Virus record (IMG/VR): IMGVR_UViG_3300026159_000398
Origin: a virus
Taxonomy: Duplodnaviria > Caudoviricetes
Reading direction: 5' to 3' (one strand)
Length of the DNA: 64,000 nucleotides
The translations under genes were made by a program, and so were the position numbers. Each line of letters starts with the position of its first letter. Positions within the stretch are counted from its first letter, which is position 1. The notes below the pieces were generated by a model that had not been told where the DNA came from, did not search any database, and was given only the letters and a program-made list of their open reading frames with translations. Below, piece after piece: positions 49,286-59,750 of this stretch.

Positions 49286-50543
49286 TACACATCTCTCCAG
49301 CATGAGGAATACCAAGAATAGGACAAAACTGAACTGCACAAAATGGTCCAGTCCCTGTTGGCACAACTGTTTTTGGTCCTGCTTTTATAATGTTTGCAGG
49401 ACTCAAATCAAGTTGTGGCGTCGTAGTTTTTATCAAAACTTGGCCAGTAATTTCAACATTGGCAGTAGCATCCAATTTAAATGAAGTTTTTGTCTTCATG
49501 TCAATATCCATTGTGGCATCTACAATGAATTTCATTTTTGGTTTATTTTCAATGTTCATGTCAGTGATCATTGTGGCTGCGCCCTTTGATAATTCAAGAG
49601 AAGCAGAAACTCCAGAAAAGTTTTTGATCTTCAATGACATTGCTTTCACGAGCATTTCAGAATACAACGCCGATGCTGGTTTTCTTCCGGCATAAACAGA
49701 CAATGAATTGATTTCAGAAAGACAGTTTATTTCAATGTCTCCGCCACCTGTACTTGCAATCAAATCACCTTGCGCAACATTAAGTTTAAATGATGTCATA
49801 CTGCCAGAACCAGGTGTGGCCCCACCAACAAACATTCCACTACAAACATTCACTGTAAGAGCACCAGCATCTAAAACCATCATACTTCCAATGCTGATTT
49901 TAGATTCTACTGCTTTCAATAAAAACTTATTTACACCACCAAACTTCTTAAAGAAGTCTGATTCACCTGAATTATAGAGTCCACCAGTTACATAGAGATT
50001 ATTTTTGCATGTAAGATGGATATCACCACCACTTACGAACTTTATTGGTCCAGCAGTTTCAAATGAAGCTTCAGTGTCGGATAATTTAAACTTTGATCTT
50101 TTAGTGGTAACTTTGAATTCAGAATTTGTGAAGTCTAAATGACTATTTCCTGTTGCGATATTAAGACTATTTTTGGTAGCAAGAAAACTTGCTCCAGGGT
50201 TTACAATTGAAATTACATTATCATTGACCTTAACGAATGCATTATTCTTATCGTTCGCAAGAAAGATTTCACCAGGTTTTTGTTCAACTGTTTTTGTGCG
50301 AACATCTTGAACAACATCTTGGATAGCTCCCAACCAAAACATATTTTGGCGATCACCACCAATAATCAATACCAACCCTTGAGTATTAACTTTAGGAATT
50401 CTAGCTCCGCTAAACACAACTGCATTAAATAGTGTATCTGATGTTTCACCACTATTGATCATTACAGACACAAGATTATTTGAAATAGCACTCTTTACTG
50501 TTGCATATTCAATTATTCCTGCTTTTGAACCCATTCCTGACAT
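49275..50543 (-). CDS. Baseplate central spike (gp5/gpV-like)
   Basis: N-terminal OB-fold-like region (IPKVNTQGLV...WLGAI), beta-helix-like repeats and a C-terminal C...CP..G.PH tip motif. Confidence 0.7.
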   Translation of the reverse strand: MSGMGSKAGIIEYATVKSAISNNLVSVMINSGETSDTLFNAVVFSGARIPKVNTQGLVLIIGGDRQNMFWLGAIQDVVQDVRTKTVEQKPGEIFLANDKNNAFVKVNDNVISIVNPGASFLATKNSLNIATGNSHLDFTNSEFKVTTKRSKFKLSDTEASFETAGPIKFVSGGDIHLTCKNNLYVTGGLYNSGESDFFKKFGGVNKFLLKAVESKISIGSMMVLDAGALTVNVCSGMFVGGATPGSGSMTSFKLNVAQGDLIASTGGGDIEINCLSEINSLSVYAGRKPASALYSEMLVKAMSLKIKNFSGVSASLELSKGAATMITDMNIENKPKMKFIVDATMDIDMKTKTSFKLDATANVEITGQVLIKTTTPQLDLSPANIIKAGPKTVVPTGTGPFCAVQFCPILGIPHAGEMCSGQ

Positions 50544-50872
50544 TAAATAACACCTACTGCTATCAAAGCATTGCGATCGAGATAATTTATTTCTCGGCCT
50601 GCGTAATATTCACTTATGCCATTTGTAAAGTGATTTATACAATCCAGAACCCAATCGAGTGATTGGTCACCAACCAGGCTGAACATAAGTTTATCGGGAC
50701 GATATTGCTCTTCTGGTTTAATTATATGCTTTTTAAAGTAGTTTTTATACGCAGAAAAGTCAGGAGTGTATGCAATTCCAAATACATCAATAAATTTTTC
50801 GTCTATATCATCAAAGATACGAAATTGTGTTGCGTAATCGAAATAATTAGCCATTGTAGTTACGTACTCCAC
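50543..50872 (-). CDS. gp53-like baseplate wedge protein
   Basis: EQYRPDKLMF...GDQSLDWVL..IN is the gp53/LysM-like pattern. Confidence 0.65.
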   Translation of the reverse strand: MEYVTTMANYFDYATQFRIFDDIDEKFIDVFGIAYTPDFSAYKNYFKKHIIKPEEQYRPDKLMFSLVGDQSLDWVLDCINHFTNGISEYYAGREINYLDRNALIAVGVI

Positions 50873-51659
50873 CGAGTGTTCGTTTTACATTTACTTGAGA
50901 ATAATCTTGAGAAATTTCTTTATACGCAAAACATGAGTTACCGACTTTGGTCATGAATATTTTATCACCACTTAATGCTTGCCACATAGGATATGAACTT
51001 CTTAATTCAATGGTGATTTTACGAAGCATAGGAAGTCCAGTAATAATATCAAACGGTGGTATTGTTTCGATGTTAATGTCTTTCATAATAACAGGCATCG
51101 ATCTGAAAATGTTTCCAATGTTTAAAAGCAATTTTGGAGGAGGCATAAATCCATTGGTATATGTAGGGAACACCAATGATTCAAGTTTCTTTTGGATTCC
51201 TTCGATGCGCTCAAGAGACCAATATGTTCTAAGATCTGTATTGAGACGAGTTTCAGCTAGGTATTGTAGAACTATTTGGAAGTCTTGTGCATTGCTATTA
51301 GCATAAACACTGATGCCCTCAAAACGACCAATGATTTCAGAATAGTCTGTGTAGTTGGCTGTCTTTTTCCAGTCAGGAATTTTCTCAACATACTGGAATG
51401 GTATTTGTAAATCGCTAGTACGAATAGATGTATTGCGCGATTGGAATGAGCGATCCCAGTCATTTATAACTAATCCAAACATAAAAGCATTTGGATTTAT
51501 CATTGAACCAGTTTTGTGGTAACTCGTGTCCCAATATTTTCCAAGCACACTGAGACCACCAAGTTGTTGAAGTTGTTCAATGCGATCTTTAAACTCTGTA
51601 GTATTTTGAATTTGTGCAATTTTGTTTTGCACATCAGCGATGTTGGCTATATCAATCAT
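50847..51659 (-). CDS. Tail-tube initiator/baseplate protein (gp48/gp54-like)
   Basis: IIGRFE, LESLVFP.Y....PPPKL.LNIG and P......LP....I.IEL; adjacent to the tape measure gene. Confidence 0.6.
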   Translation of the reverse strand: MIDIANIADVQNKIAQIQNTTEFKDRIEQLQQLGGLSVLGKYWDTSYHKTGSMINPNAFMFGLVINDWDRSFQSRNTSIRTSDLQIPFQYVEKIPDWKKTANYTDYSEIIGRFEGISVYANSNAQDFQIVLQYLAETRLNTDLRTYWSLERIEGIQKKLESLVFPTYTNGFMPPPKLLLNIGNIFRSMPVIMKDINIETIPPFDIITGLPMLRKITIELRSSYPMWQALSGDKIFMTKVGNSCFAYKEISQDYSQVNVKRTLGGVRNYNG

Positions 51660-51661
51660 AA

Positions 51662-54388
51662 TTAACTCGTTTTAACAGAGAATGATGTCAAGCCATAACT
51701 TCCAACAAATGTTTTAAAGAAGTCGGCTTCAGATGTCTTAGTACTCTTTGCAAGCAATTCTTTTGTGGCTGCAGTTCCTGCTCCTGTGTTATTCGCAGTT
51801 TTCTTTTCTTCTTCAAGAGATTTCTTCTTAAGAGCCTTAGAAGCTTTGGCTTCATTAAGAATCTCTTGCAACAATAATGCATGAGTATGAAGATCTCGGC
51901 CAGAACCAGTTGTAGCACTTGCGGTTGCTCTAATGACATCGGCTGTGCTTCCTTCAAGACCATATTTGGCAGCTGTTTTGAATTTCTTACCAAGACGTTC
52001 CATTGTATCAAGTTCTGCGGCTTTGGATTTATATGTTGCTTTAGAAATTCCGCCAATACTTTTTGGCAGATAACTTCTTATTTTCCAGATAGCACGTTCA
52101 ATAAGAGTCTGGAATCCAAAGAAGAAATTAAACAAAGGAATTTCCAAATATTTACCAACAACCATTTTAATTTTATGGCCAACTTTTTGAAACTCATCGG
52201 ATATTTTCTTTCCCATTTGACTCCAAGTTTTTGCTTCAAAAACGCTAGAAAGACTTTTGGTAAACTTGTCCCATCCTTCTGCCCATGTGGTATGGTTTTG
52301 GGCTTGTTTATCTGCTATTTTTTCGAGGTTGGCAATTTCTTTTGCTGTTAATTTTTCTCCAGCTTTTTTCTTTTTATCAATTGAAGTCATGAATTGTTGA
52401 TCTGTTTGACTTAATGCTTTATCTGAGAAAGCTTCAAATGCATGCAACATCAATCCAGCTGGAGCTGTCATTGGGTTGGTGAGCATTATGTTCTTCATGT
52501 TTTTGCCAAGAATTGGCGTAATTTTTGTATTAAAAATCGAGTCAATCATTGGAGCAATTCCCAATGTCATGAGACCAGCTTGTGCACCGCCTAATTTTTC
52601 TGCTGTTGTTGCTTTTGGACCCATAGCTTTAAAGCCTTGATATCCACCCATCAGTGCAGAAATAATCAATCCAATTGGACCAGCGGCTTTTGCAGCAGTT
52701 CCTAATCCAGCTCCAAATAATCCACCAGCTTTTGTTCCTAATCCACCAAGCATTTTGCCAAGATTTCCAATTCCTGGAATTCCTTTAATAACTCCAAGAT
52801 TCTTTAGTGTACTAGCAAAAGTTACCATTGTACCAATGCCACTACCAATGCCACTAATTGCTTTGCCGCCAACAAGTGCACTCATTAAGAATGGGTGTTC
52901 TTTAAATAATTGGAAGAAAATTGTGATGGCACCTTTTATAACTTCTTTCATTACTTTCATAATAACTGGCATGTTTTTATGAATAGCATCCATCAATACT
53001 TTGACTAGGTTGTTAATTGATTTACCTATAGCATCACCAATATTTCCTTTGCCCGTGATGGCATCCATGACTGGAGTGATAGCATCAAACACCTTTGACA
53101 TGCCATCAGCAATCCAACCTACTACCTTTTGAAGTGTAGTTGTGATTGCTGGAATATATTTTTGCAGACGACTATACGCTTGCATAACAAAGTTAATCAT
53201 TGGAGAAAGAATCTTCATTCTCAAGAACATAATTTGTTCATCAAAACGTGCAGCATCTGCTTGGGCGCGCTTTTGTTTTTCTTGTGCGGCTTTTTCGCCT
53301 TCGGCTTGTGATTTATATTCTTCAATAACAGTGCGCATTTGAGCACTTGACGCACTTGCCATTTTCATAGCAATTTCAGGCGGTAATCCAATTCCTTTGG
53401 CATAACGGAATCTAGCCAATGGATTAGAGATACCTTGAATTTCTTGAGAAAGTTTAGGAAGGTTGGTGAGTAATTTATCAAAGAAAGTTTCTTTACCACC
53501 GGCAGTTTCCATCATCTTGAATTGTTCTTCTATTGAAATACCAAGACGACGTAACAATCCAGAGGTTTCGTCAAAACGATCAGGATCAAGAAGTTTGTCA
53601 ATAAAACTTGTAGCAGTTTGAGCATTGACACCAAATTTTACAAGAGCGCCACTTGCCATTGTAATACCTTTGGTTAATGCTTTTGCTCCTGCTTCTCCAT
53701 CCTTACTTAGTGCACCTAATCTATTTTGTGCTTCAATAACAGTTCCCATGAACTGCTCCATTTGAGCAGTTGTAGAACCAAAAGCCTTTTGAGCAGCTAA
53801 AACCGATGATACAACTTCACGAGAGCCCTGGACAGAAACATTCCAGTAGTTATGAAGTTCGCCAGTTAATTGTCCCATTTTTTCGGCAGAAATACCAGAG
53901 GCTTGATGCAAATTAGAAATGAAGGTTGTTAAGTTCTCCATTGCTGGACCAACCTGCATACCAGCATTGGCCAATGAATTCATAGAACCTTTAATAGTAG
54001 CCAATGAAGCAATTGAATTGCTCCATGAATTCATCATGACGTTCCATGCGCCACTTACACTTCCGCTTGCATCGGAAAGATTCTTTAATTCATTCTGCAT
54101 ACCAAGAATAGTTTTATTCATATCCCATGCAGCATGAATCAGAGAAGTAAAACCAAGCGTGACGCCACCAGTAATCATTGGGAATTTACCCAATAGACCA
54201 TTGACTTTATTTAAGCCACCTTGCAGCGCACCAATAGCCTTATTTAATTGAGCTTGAACTTTACCGAATTTATCGGCTTTGTCAGCTGCTCCAGTAGCGC
54301 CTTTTATGTACTTATTTATCTCGCTATTGGCTTTATTGAGACTATCGTTGCTGAATACGGTTTTTATATTTAATACGACATCGGACAT
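51662..54388 (-). CDS. Tape measure protein
   Basis: 908-aa Ala/Gly/Lys-rich helical protein with hydrophobic Gly-rich segments, located in the tail module. Confidence 0.8.
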   Translation of the reverse strand: MSDVVLNIKTVFSNDSLNKANSEINKYIKGATGAADKADKFGKVQAQLNKAIGALQGGLNKVNGLLGKFPMITGGVTLGFTSLIHAAWDMNKTILGMQNELKNLSDASGSVSGAWNVMMNSWSNSIASLATIKGSMNSLANAGMQVGPAMENLTTFISNLHQASGISAEKMGQLTGELHNYWNVSVQGSREVVSSVLAAQKAFGSTTAQMEQFMGTVIEAQNRLGALSKDGEAGAKALTKGITMASGALVKFGVNAQTATSFIDKLLDPDRFDETSGLLRRLGISIEEQFKMMETAGGKETFFDKLLTNLPKLSQEIQGISNPLARFRYAKGIGLPPEIAMKMASASSAQMRTVIEEYKSQAEGEKAAQEKQKRAQADAARFDEQIMFLRMKILSPMINFVMQAYSRLQKYIPAITTTLQKVVGWIADGMSKVFDAITPVMDAITGKGNIGDAIGKSINNLVKVLMDAIHKNMPVIMKVMKEVIKGAITIFFQLFKEHPFLMSALVGGKAISGIGSGIGTMVTFASTLKNLGVIKGIPGIGNLGKMLGGLGTKAGGLFGAGLGTAAKAAGPIGLIISALMGGYQGFKAMGPKATTAEKLGGAQAGLMTLGIAPMIDSIFNTKITPILGKNMKNIMLTNPMTAPAGLMLHAFEAFSDKALSQTDQQFMTSIDKKKKAGEKLTAKEIANLEKIADKQAQNHTTWAEGWDKFTKSLSSVFEAKTWSQMGKKISDEFQKVGHKIKMVVGKYLEIPLFNFFFGFQTLIERAIWKIRSYLPKSIGGISKATYKSKAAELDTMERLGKKFKTAAKYGLEGSTADVIRATASATTGSGRDLHTHALLLQEILNEAKASKALKKKSLEEEKKTANNTGAGTAATKELLAKSTKTSEADFFKTFVGSYGLTSFSVKTS

Positions 54389-54440
54389 GTTTTATACCAT
54401 TATAAGTATTTTGACAATCTGGCAGTTCTAATAATAAATT

Positions 54441-57323
54441 TTATTCACCCATATAAGCTTTTTGTTTATCTGAACCATAGATTATAGTTTTCATTTGATT
54501 TGTATATTCTGGTGAGACTGTTCCATCACCGACACCATCACTTCTTATTTGGAATTTTGTAGTAAATTTACCAGCTGAAATTTCATGTGTTATTCCTTCT
54601 ATTTTATACAATCCTGTCAAAATTGACAGAGTACCGTCAATATTGATGACTTTTATGAAAGTCCAATAAGAAAGTGTGTGCATAAATGCAAATGTCGGGT
54701 CACCAAGAAATTCAATATCACCTTTGGCTTCCACGCCAGAAGTCATCATTGCGGCACGAATATTTTGCACTTCGCGCTTTCTTTCTAGCATGTTATAATA
54801 ATCACCTGAATACACACGAGAGTGTTGATAATCTTGAATTGTCACGTTAATTGGATATGCGGCCGTTCTAGCAGGAGATGTTGATGCCAGTTTTGCCGCA
54901 GGGTCTAATGCCAATAATTCATTAAGTTTATCTTTAAGTTGACTCAATTCATTGGCGGACAATGAGTTGCGCAATGGTGCATTAAGATCTTTTGATTTTG
55001 ATTTATCTTTAGCAAGATCTGTTGCTTCTTGAAGTAATTTAGTCTTTTTTGTCTGTGCTTGACTTGAAATAAAATATTGACCACGATCTGTAGTTCCAGC
55101 AACGCGAGCACTACTTGCAACACTTATAGCGGCTTGAAATGAATCTCGTTCAACAGCAAATGAAATAACATCAGGAAAATTGATTTCCCAACATGTTGGT
55201 TCTCCTGGATTAAACATTCCTTCGTATTCACCACCAATCCTGTATGAGAATACTTGAGCAATCATTTGAGAACCAATGTCTGCACCGAATACTTGCGCTG
55301 ATGTAATCTTTATTGTCAACATATTAATGAGATAGTATTTGTCTGTAGTGATTAAGTTTCTTTGTGCTTTTGCATTCTCAATAAGTTGTTGTGTTGAAGT
55401 CAATAAAGAATCTGTTGGAGTAATAGTTGTTGCTTTTGTTTTTGTTTTTATGATAACATCTTTGCTATCACTCTTAATAGAACTTGATAATCTGTCTCGA
55501 TCGGAAATTGGAGTTTCTGTTTTCTTTACGGTTTGTTCAAGATATTTTTGGCGAAGTTCAAGAGCTTGAATCCAAATATCTATGTTTTTGCGGGCCATTT
55601 TGCCATCAAGATACATAACGTTGCACTGAAGTGGCAATGGAATAAACCCTTGAGTTGCGATTGTTTTCTTTTCTGCATCGTCAATTTCGAATTGTAATCC
55701 ACGACTTGGGTTTTTCTTGTCAATTGGGGTATATTTGACAAACATTTTAGCAAAAATCATATTCAAAAATACTTCCCATTTTGTGGATAAAGTCAACGAT
55801 ACGTCAATTGCATTTATAAAAAACGCTTCATCTTCAGGTTTTCCGCCTTGAGCTTTACGAAATACGTACGGTTTTTTATCACGTGCTGCTTTGAAATATT
55901 CTTGTGGCATCAAAGCATTCTGAAGATCAGCATTGTAGTCCCATAATTCTATATACATGTTTTGCTGGTCTTCTGGATTTGTTTTATTTAATTGCGTATA
56001 AATATAATTGGACACATACACATATAAATAATATGGATGAATTTTGAAACAATTGTGAATTGCTGTGCCAGTTTTAGTAAAATAATTAGTAAAAAGTCTT
56101 TGTTCGGCTGAAAGAGTCAATTCACCGTCGATTTTAGAGCGATACTCCGTATGATAAAGTGAAACAGTTTTTTTACTTATAGCATTATCAGCAAGCGCCT
56201 CTATTCCAACATCAGGAGGATTTACAACCTCTTCCATTAAATCATAGATATCAACAAACTTAGGATTATAAAAATGCATTTTATGATTGATGACATAATT
56301 GATGCGGTCTTTGTTCATGTTTTTCTGGTACACAAAAGCATCAAAAATGCTTCCATAATATTTGGCTGCAACTTCAATAATATCTGCAGTTAACTTTACA
56401 TCCATGAGGCCACGATTATACAAGAAAAAACCGAGTTGTTGAATAGCTTTTGTGGCTGTATCTTTGGTATCATTCTTTCTTAATTTGTCAAAGACTAAAC
56501 GAAATAGTCTATTGAGTTCTTCAAAGCAAAGAGTCGTAGCAGGAAATGGGCCAAAAATTTCAAAAGGAGAAGCGCCTCTAAAAACAATTGAAGAAGCATT
56601 TTCAGCATTACATGTGATTGTAGTTTCAGGAAGACCCAAATTATTGAATGTTGTTTTCATTGTTTGAACAACAGCAATAACTTTATTAGTGAAAGCAATT
56701 TTATCCCAGTCTTTTAATCCATTAGGAACATTGTCGGGATTGTGTGACCATCCAAATTCTATTTCAAGGCGAACCCATGATGGATTATTCTCACTGCCAG
56801 CACCATTCAAAACAGTATTAAGAGATGCCAATTGCATACTGAGATACTCGGTAATTTCTTGTTTAGGGTCTATAAAAACCAATTCAACAATACCAGAACT
56901 TCCACTGTCTGCAGTACCGCCAACATTATATTTAAAAGTAACTAAATGATTGTTGGTATCATTAAAAATTCTAAAGCGTCTTTCTTGTGGAAGATCATTC
57001 AGGGTTTTACGATTTTGGAATAATACAACCAAATCAACATTAAGAATTGGCGATAATTGATCAAGATAGAACGCAGGCTTTTTAAACAGTGGTGCTGATT
57101 TAACAAAGTCTTTTTTCTTTTGGACGCGTTTGGTTAATTCTTGTTTTGCTTCTTCAAGAAATTGTGCTTGCTTTTGTTCATCAGCAGTTGGCGTTTTTGC
57201 TGGCGGTGTTTTTGTTTTTGGAGCAGACGCGGCAGCAGTAAGCGCATCCACATAAGCTTGAAGATCAGCTATGGTTGCGAATTTAGTTTTGATTGCGTTT
57301 GTAGTTGAAGGGTTAGTTGCCAT
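54441..57323 (-). CDS. Baseplate hub protein (gp27/gpD-like, extended)
   Basis: LEIEFGW near the N-terminus and C-terminal IEFLGDP...LTGLYKIEGITHEISAGKFTT. Confidence 0.65.
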   Translation of the reverse strand: MATNPSTTNAIKTKFATIADLQAYVDALTAAASAPKTKTPPAKTPTADEQKQAQFLEEAKQELTKRVQKKKDFVKSAPLFKKPAFYLDQLSPILNVDLVVLFQNRKTLNDLPQERRFRIFNDTNNHLVTFKYNVGGTADSGSSGIVELVFIDPKQEITEYLSMQLASLNTVLNGAGSENNPSWVRLEIEFGWSHNPDNVPNGLKDWDKIAFTNKVIAVVQTMKTTFNNLGLPETTITCNAENASSIVFRGASPFEIFGPFPATTLCFEELNRLFRLVFDKLRKNDTKDTATKAIQQLGFFLYNRGLMDVKLTADIIEVAAKYYGSIFDAFVYQKNMNKDRINYVINHKMHFYNPKFVDIYDLMEEVVNPPDVGIEALADNAISKKTVSLYHTEYRSKIDGELTLSAEQRLFTNYFTKTGTAIHNCFKIHPYYLYVYVSNYIYTQLNKTNPEDQQNMYIELWDYNADLQNALMPQEYFKAARDKKPYVFRKAQGGKPEDEAFFINAIDVSLTLSTKWEVFLNMIFAKMFVKYTPIDKKNPSRGLQFEIDDAEKKTIATQGFIPLPLQCNVMYLDGKMARKNIDIWIQALELRQKYLEQTVKKTETPISDRDRLSSSIKSDSKDVIIKTKTKATTITPTDSLLTSTQQLIENAKAQRNLITTDKYYLINMLTIKITSAQVFGADIGSQMIAQVFSYRIGGEYEGMFNPGEPTCWEINFPDVISFAVERDSFQAAISVASSARVAGTTDRGQYFISSQAQTKKTKLLQEATDLAKDKSKSKDLNAPLRNSLSANELSQLKDKLNELLALDPAAKLASTSPARTAAYPINVTIQDYQHSRVYSGDYYNMLERKREVQNIRAAMMTSGVEAKGDIEFLGDPTFAFMHTLSYWTFIKVINIDGTLSILTGLYKIEGITHEISAGKFTTKFQIRSDGVGDGTVSPEYTNQMKTIIYGSDKQKAYMGE

Positions 57324-57952
57324 TATTTATATCCTATTCCACCTAAATCATCTGGAGAACTTGGGCCTTCATCGCCACCTGGTTCTTGAGCATCTGAAGT
57401 CACAGGAGTAATTGTTGGTTGTGTAGTTGCCATTGTAGGTTGTGATGTTGGGTATGTCGGACTAATTTTAGCCAAATTAGCTTGTAAATCAGCAACATCA
57501 ATTCCGCGTAATGTGTACATATTTATCATGCGAACAAGAAGATCTCGCTTTGCCTCTTGCAACATATTTGGATTATAGACTCGAAGATCTGCGTCTGAAA
57601 AATCTTCTTTCTTATTGAGTCCATAATTGAATAATGTGGCACGAGTAATTGCACTATGAAAGTACGTGCGATAACAATGCTTGATTTGATCTCGTAAATA
57701 TGATGTGAATATTCTGTACAAAACCTGTCCAGAATACTTGGAGGCTGTAGGTATTTTTGATAATCGAACAATGGTGTGAACTATTCGAGCTTTATCAAGA
57801 GTACTCAATTGACGTGCGCCAAGATTCAGCGCATGAACTTTATCAAGGACGGGATTGGCGAATAATATAAAAAGATATATTCTATCTGGATTGGTTTTCC
57901 ATCGAGCATAACTTATAGAATAAAGCGCGCCCGTACGCATAAAAAAAGCCAT
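57323..57952 (-). CDS. Possible T4 gp2-like DNA end protector
   Basis: GALYSISY..., HALNL and CYRTY loosely resemble gp2; the match is weak. Confidence 0.4.
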   Translation of the reverse strand: MAFFMRTGALYSISYARWKTNPDRIYLFILFANPVLDKVHALNLGARQLSTLDKARIVHTIVRLSKIPTASKYSGQVLYRIFTSYLRDQIKHCYRTYFHSAITRATLFNYGLNKKEDFSDADLRVYNPNMLQEAKRDLLVRMINMYTLRGIDVADLQANLAKISPTYPTSQPTMATTQPTITPVTSDAQEPGGDEGPSSPDDLGGIGYK

Positions 57953-57968
57953 TATTTTTCCTCTAATA

Positions 57969-57978
57969 AATTATATTC
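57969..57978 (-). promoter_or_regulatory. GAATATAATT candidate promoter of the tail operon
   Basis: Motif about 17 nt upstream of 57952, the head of a ~40-kb co-oriented block. Confidence 0.5.
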
Positions 57979-58000
57979 ATAAGTTTTAATAAATTGTGTC

Positions 58001-58010
58001 TAATATAATT
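58001..58010 (+). promoter_or_regulatory. TAATATAATT candidate promoter for the structured leader and GIY-YIG gene
   Basis: Exact motif immediately 5' of the RNA structure. Confidence 0.5.
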
Positions 58011-58018
58011 ATAATATC

Positions 58019-58097
58019 AGAAGGACAAAGGGTAGCTCCCTGGCTGGTTGCTCTAATCAACCAGCCTCACTTCTATATTTATAATTATATTAGAGGT
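58019..58097 (+). ncRNA. Structured 5' leader RNA (three-way junction with RBS pseudoknot), copy 1
   Basis: P1 AGAAG/CTTCT, P2 AGGG/CCCT and P3 GGCTGGTTG/CAACCAGCC. The P3 loop CTCTAAT is complementary to ATTAGAG (58089-58095) at the RBS. Confidence 0.7.
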
Positions 58098-58104
58098 AAT
58101 TATC

Positions 58105-58773
58105 ATGTCTTATGGTTATATTTATCTGATCAAAGATCATTTTACTAACAAAGTTTATATTGGCAGACGAAAAGGCCATGAATCAAAATCTTTAAATTAT
58201 TTTGGTTCTGGCAAAATTATACACAACATTCTTCATAAAAGAAAACATCATCTTTCTAAAATTGTTCTTGGTTATTGTGAATCTAAAGAGGAGCTTATCA
58301 ACTTAGAAACACAATGTATTGAATTTTTTAACGCTACCAATAAGTTATATGGGTATAATTTAAAATCGACTGGTAATGATGGAGGAGCAATAAGATTCGG
58401 TCCACATTCTGAACAATCGAAACAAAAAATGCGTAAACCAAAATCTAAACAAGCTAGACGAAATATGAAATTAGCACAAAATAAAAATATTAAATTAAAA
58501 CAATTAAATAGTAAACTACTTTGGTCCACTACAACTTACAGATATCAACAAACAAAAGCTTTACAAAAATCTTGGGATGAACATCCAGAACGAAAAAAAC
58601 AATTTTCTAAAATATTTTCTGGCAAAAATAATCCAGCTAATATCAAAATTGATACACAACAAATATTAAAATTATATAATTCTGGTATTAGTATGAGAAA
58701 ATTATCTAAAATGTTTAATTGCACGCATCCAACAATAAGCAAAAGAATTAAAAATCCAGAAAAATATCTTTAG
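58105..58773 (+). CDS. GIY-YIG homing endonuclease (Seg-like)
   Basis: GYIYLI...VYIGR...YFGSG and YGYNL; paralogous to 44176-44805; C-terminal HTH. Confidence 0.85.
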   Translation: MSYGYIYLIKDHFTNKVYIGRRKGHESKSLNYFGSGKIIHNILHKRKHHLSKIVLGYCESKEELINLETQCIEFFNATNKLYGYNLKSTGNDGGAIRFGPHSEQSKQKMRKPKSKQARRNMKLAQNKNIKLKQLNSKLLWSTTTYRYQQTKALQKSWDEHPERKKQFSKIFSGKNNPANIKIDTQQILKLYNSGISMRKLSKMFNCTHPTISKRIKNPEKYL

Positions 58774-58784
58774 AGCACCACCAT

Positions 58785-58816
58785 AAAAAACCTCTTAATA
58801 TATTTTATTAAGAGGT
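58785..58816 (-). terminator. Intrinsic terminator between convergent genes
   Basis: ACCTCTTAATA-TATTT-TATTAAGAGGT stem with a T-run on the minus strand. Confidence 0.7.
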
Positions 58817-58842
58817 CATGAGTTTTTCTACAATATTTTCGT

Positions 58843-59043
58843 TTATCTAGGCCATTTCTTTGATTGCTCGTAACCAGAGTCATAGCCTTTCTTTGCCATG
58901 ACAGAACCGTACGTGATAATTAAATCTAACAAATCATTTGAATTATTAGGTAATTGTTCGCGAATAGTTCTTAATAATCCATCGGGGTCATTGCTGTCTC
59001 TTTTATCTGCTTCGAGATATTGGCTTAATCGTGATTTACTCAT
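58843..59043 (-). CDS. Small protein with a capsid-targeting-like N-terminus
   Basis: Begins MSKSRLSQYLEA. Confidence 0.6.
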   Translation of the reverse strand: MSKSRLSQYLEADKRDSNDPDGLLRTIREQLPNNSNDLLDLIITYGSVMAKKGYDSGYEQSKKWPR

Positions 59044-59058
59044 TTGTTTTTTCCTTGA

Positions 59059-59424
59059 TTAAAATTTCATAGTAGCTAATTCTAAATCTTTTCTATTTAT
59101 TTTTTCAACTGATTCTTCTTTATCAATATTGGCTTTCAGATAAATATCGTATCCCATTTCATCTCTGAGTGCTAATGCCAATTCTTCTTTTTTTAATCCT
59201 GTTTTTTCCGAGTCGAATAAGTACAAATATTTAGGTTTGCTACCATTATCGGTTGTATAGTTGCCACCCATTTCTTGAATGAATTGATACAATCTTTCAT
59301 CATAAGAAAGACCGCGAGTTTCATAGTCGCCATATTCTATTTTGACAGCAAGGTACTTTCCAGTTATTCCAAAGGTGTCTTTTTTCGACTTTACTTCTTC
59401 AAGATATTTTTGTAATTGACTCAT
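59059..59424 (-). CDS. Small protein with a capsid-targeting-like N-terminus
   Basis: Begins MSQLQKYLEEV. Confidence 0.6.
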   Translation of the reverse strand: MSQLQKYLEEVKSKKDTFGITGKYLAVKIEYGDYETRGLSYDERLYQFIQEMGGNYTTDNGSKPKYLYLFDSEKTGLKKEELALALRDEMGYDIYLKANIDKEESVEKINRKDLELATMKF

Positions 59425-59711
59425 GCGAGCTCCATCATGTATTTTGCTTGAATTTCTGGTGCAAGAAACGGACAGTGTTTATAATCTTCTGCACATTCCC
59501 AACAAAGAAAATCAGGTTCCCAAAAATACCATCTGAATTTTTCAAACTTGAACATCCTTTTTCCGGCGATATCAGCAACTGAAATTTGTTCAAGGTTTTT
59601 AACTAACGCATTGACCAAAGTTTCAGTCTTGAAATGATCGCGCAAAAAGAAAACATCAAGATTTGAATGACTTAAATAACAACGGTTCTTATAAATTATC
59701 ACAGTATTCAT
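59421..59711 (-). CDS. Hypothetical protein
   Basis: 96-aa ORF with CWEC...HC; its stop overlaps the next ATG. Confidence 0.6.
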   Translation of the reverse strand: MNTVIIYKNRCYLSHSNLDVFFLRDHFKTETLVNALVKNLEQISVADIAGKRMFKFEKFRWYFWEPDFLCWECAEDYKHCPFLAPEIQAKYMMELA

Positions 59712-59750
59712 AATTTATCGTACTATTAAATGTTATTTTTGTAAATACTT

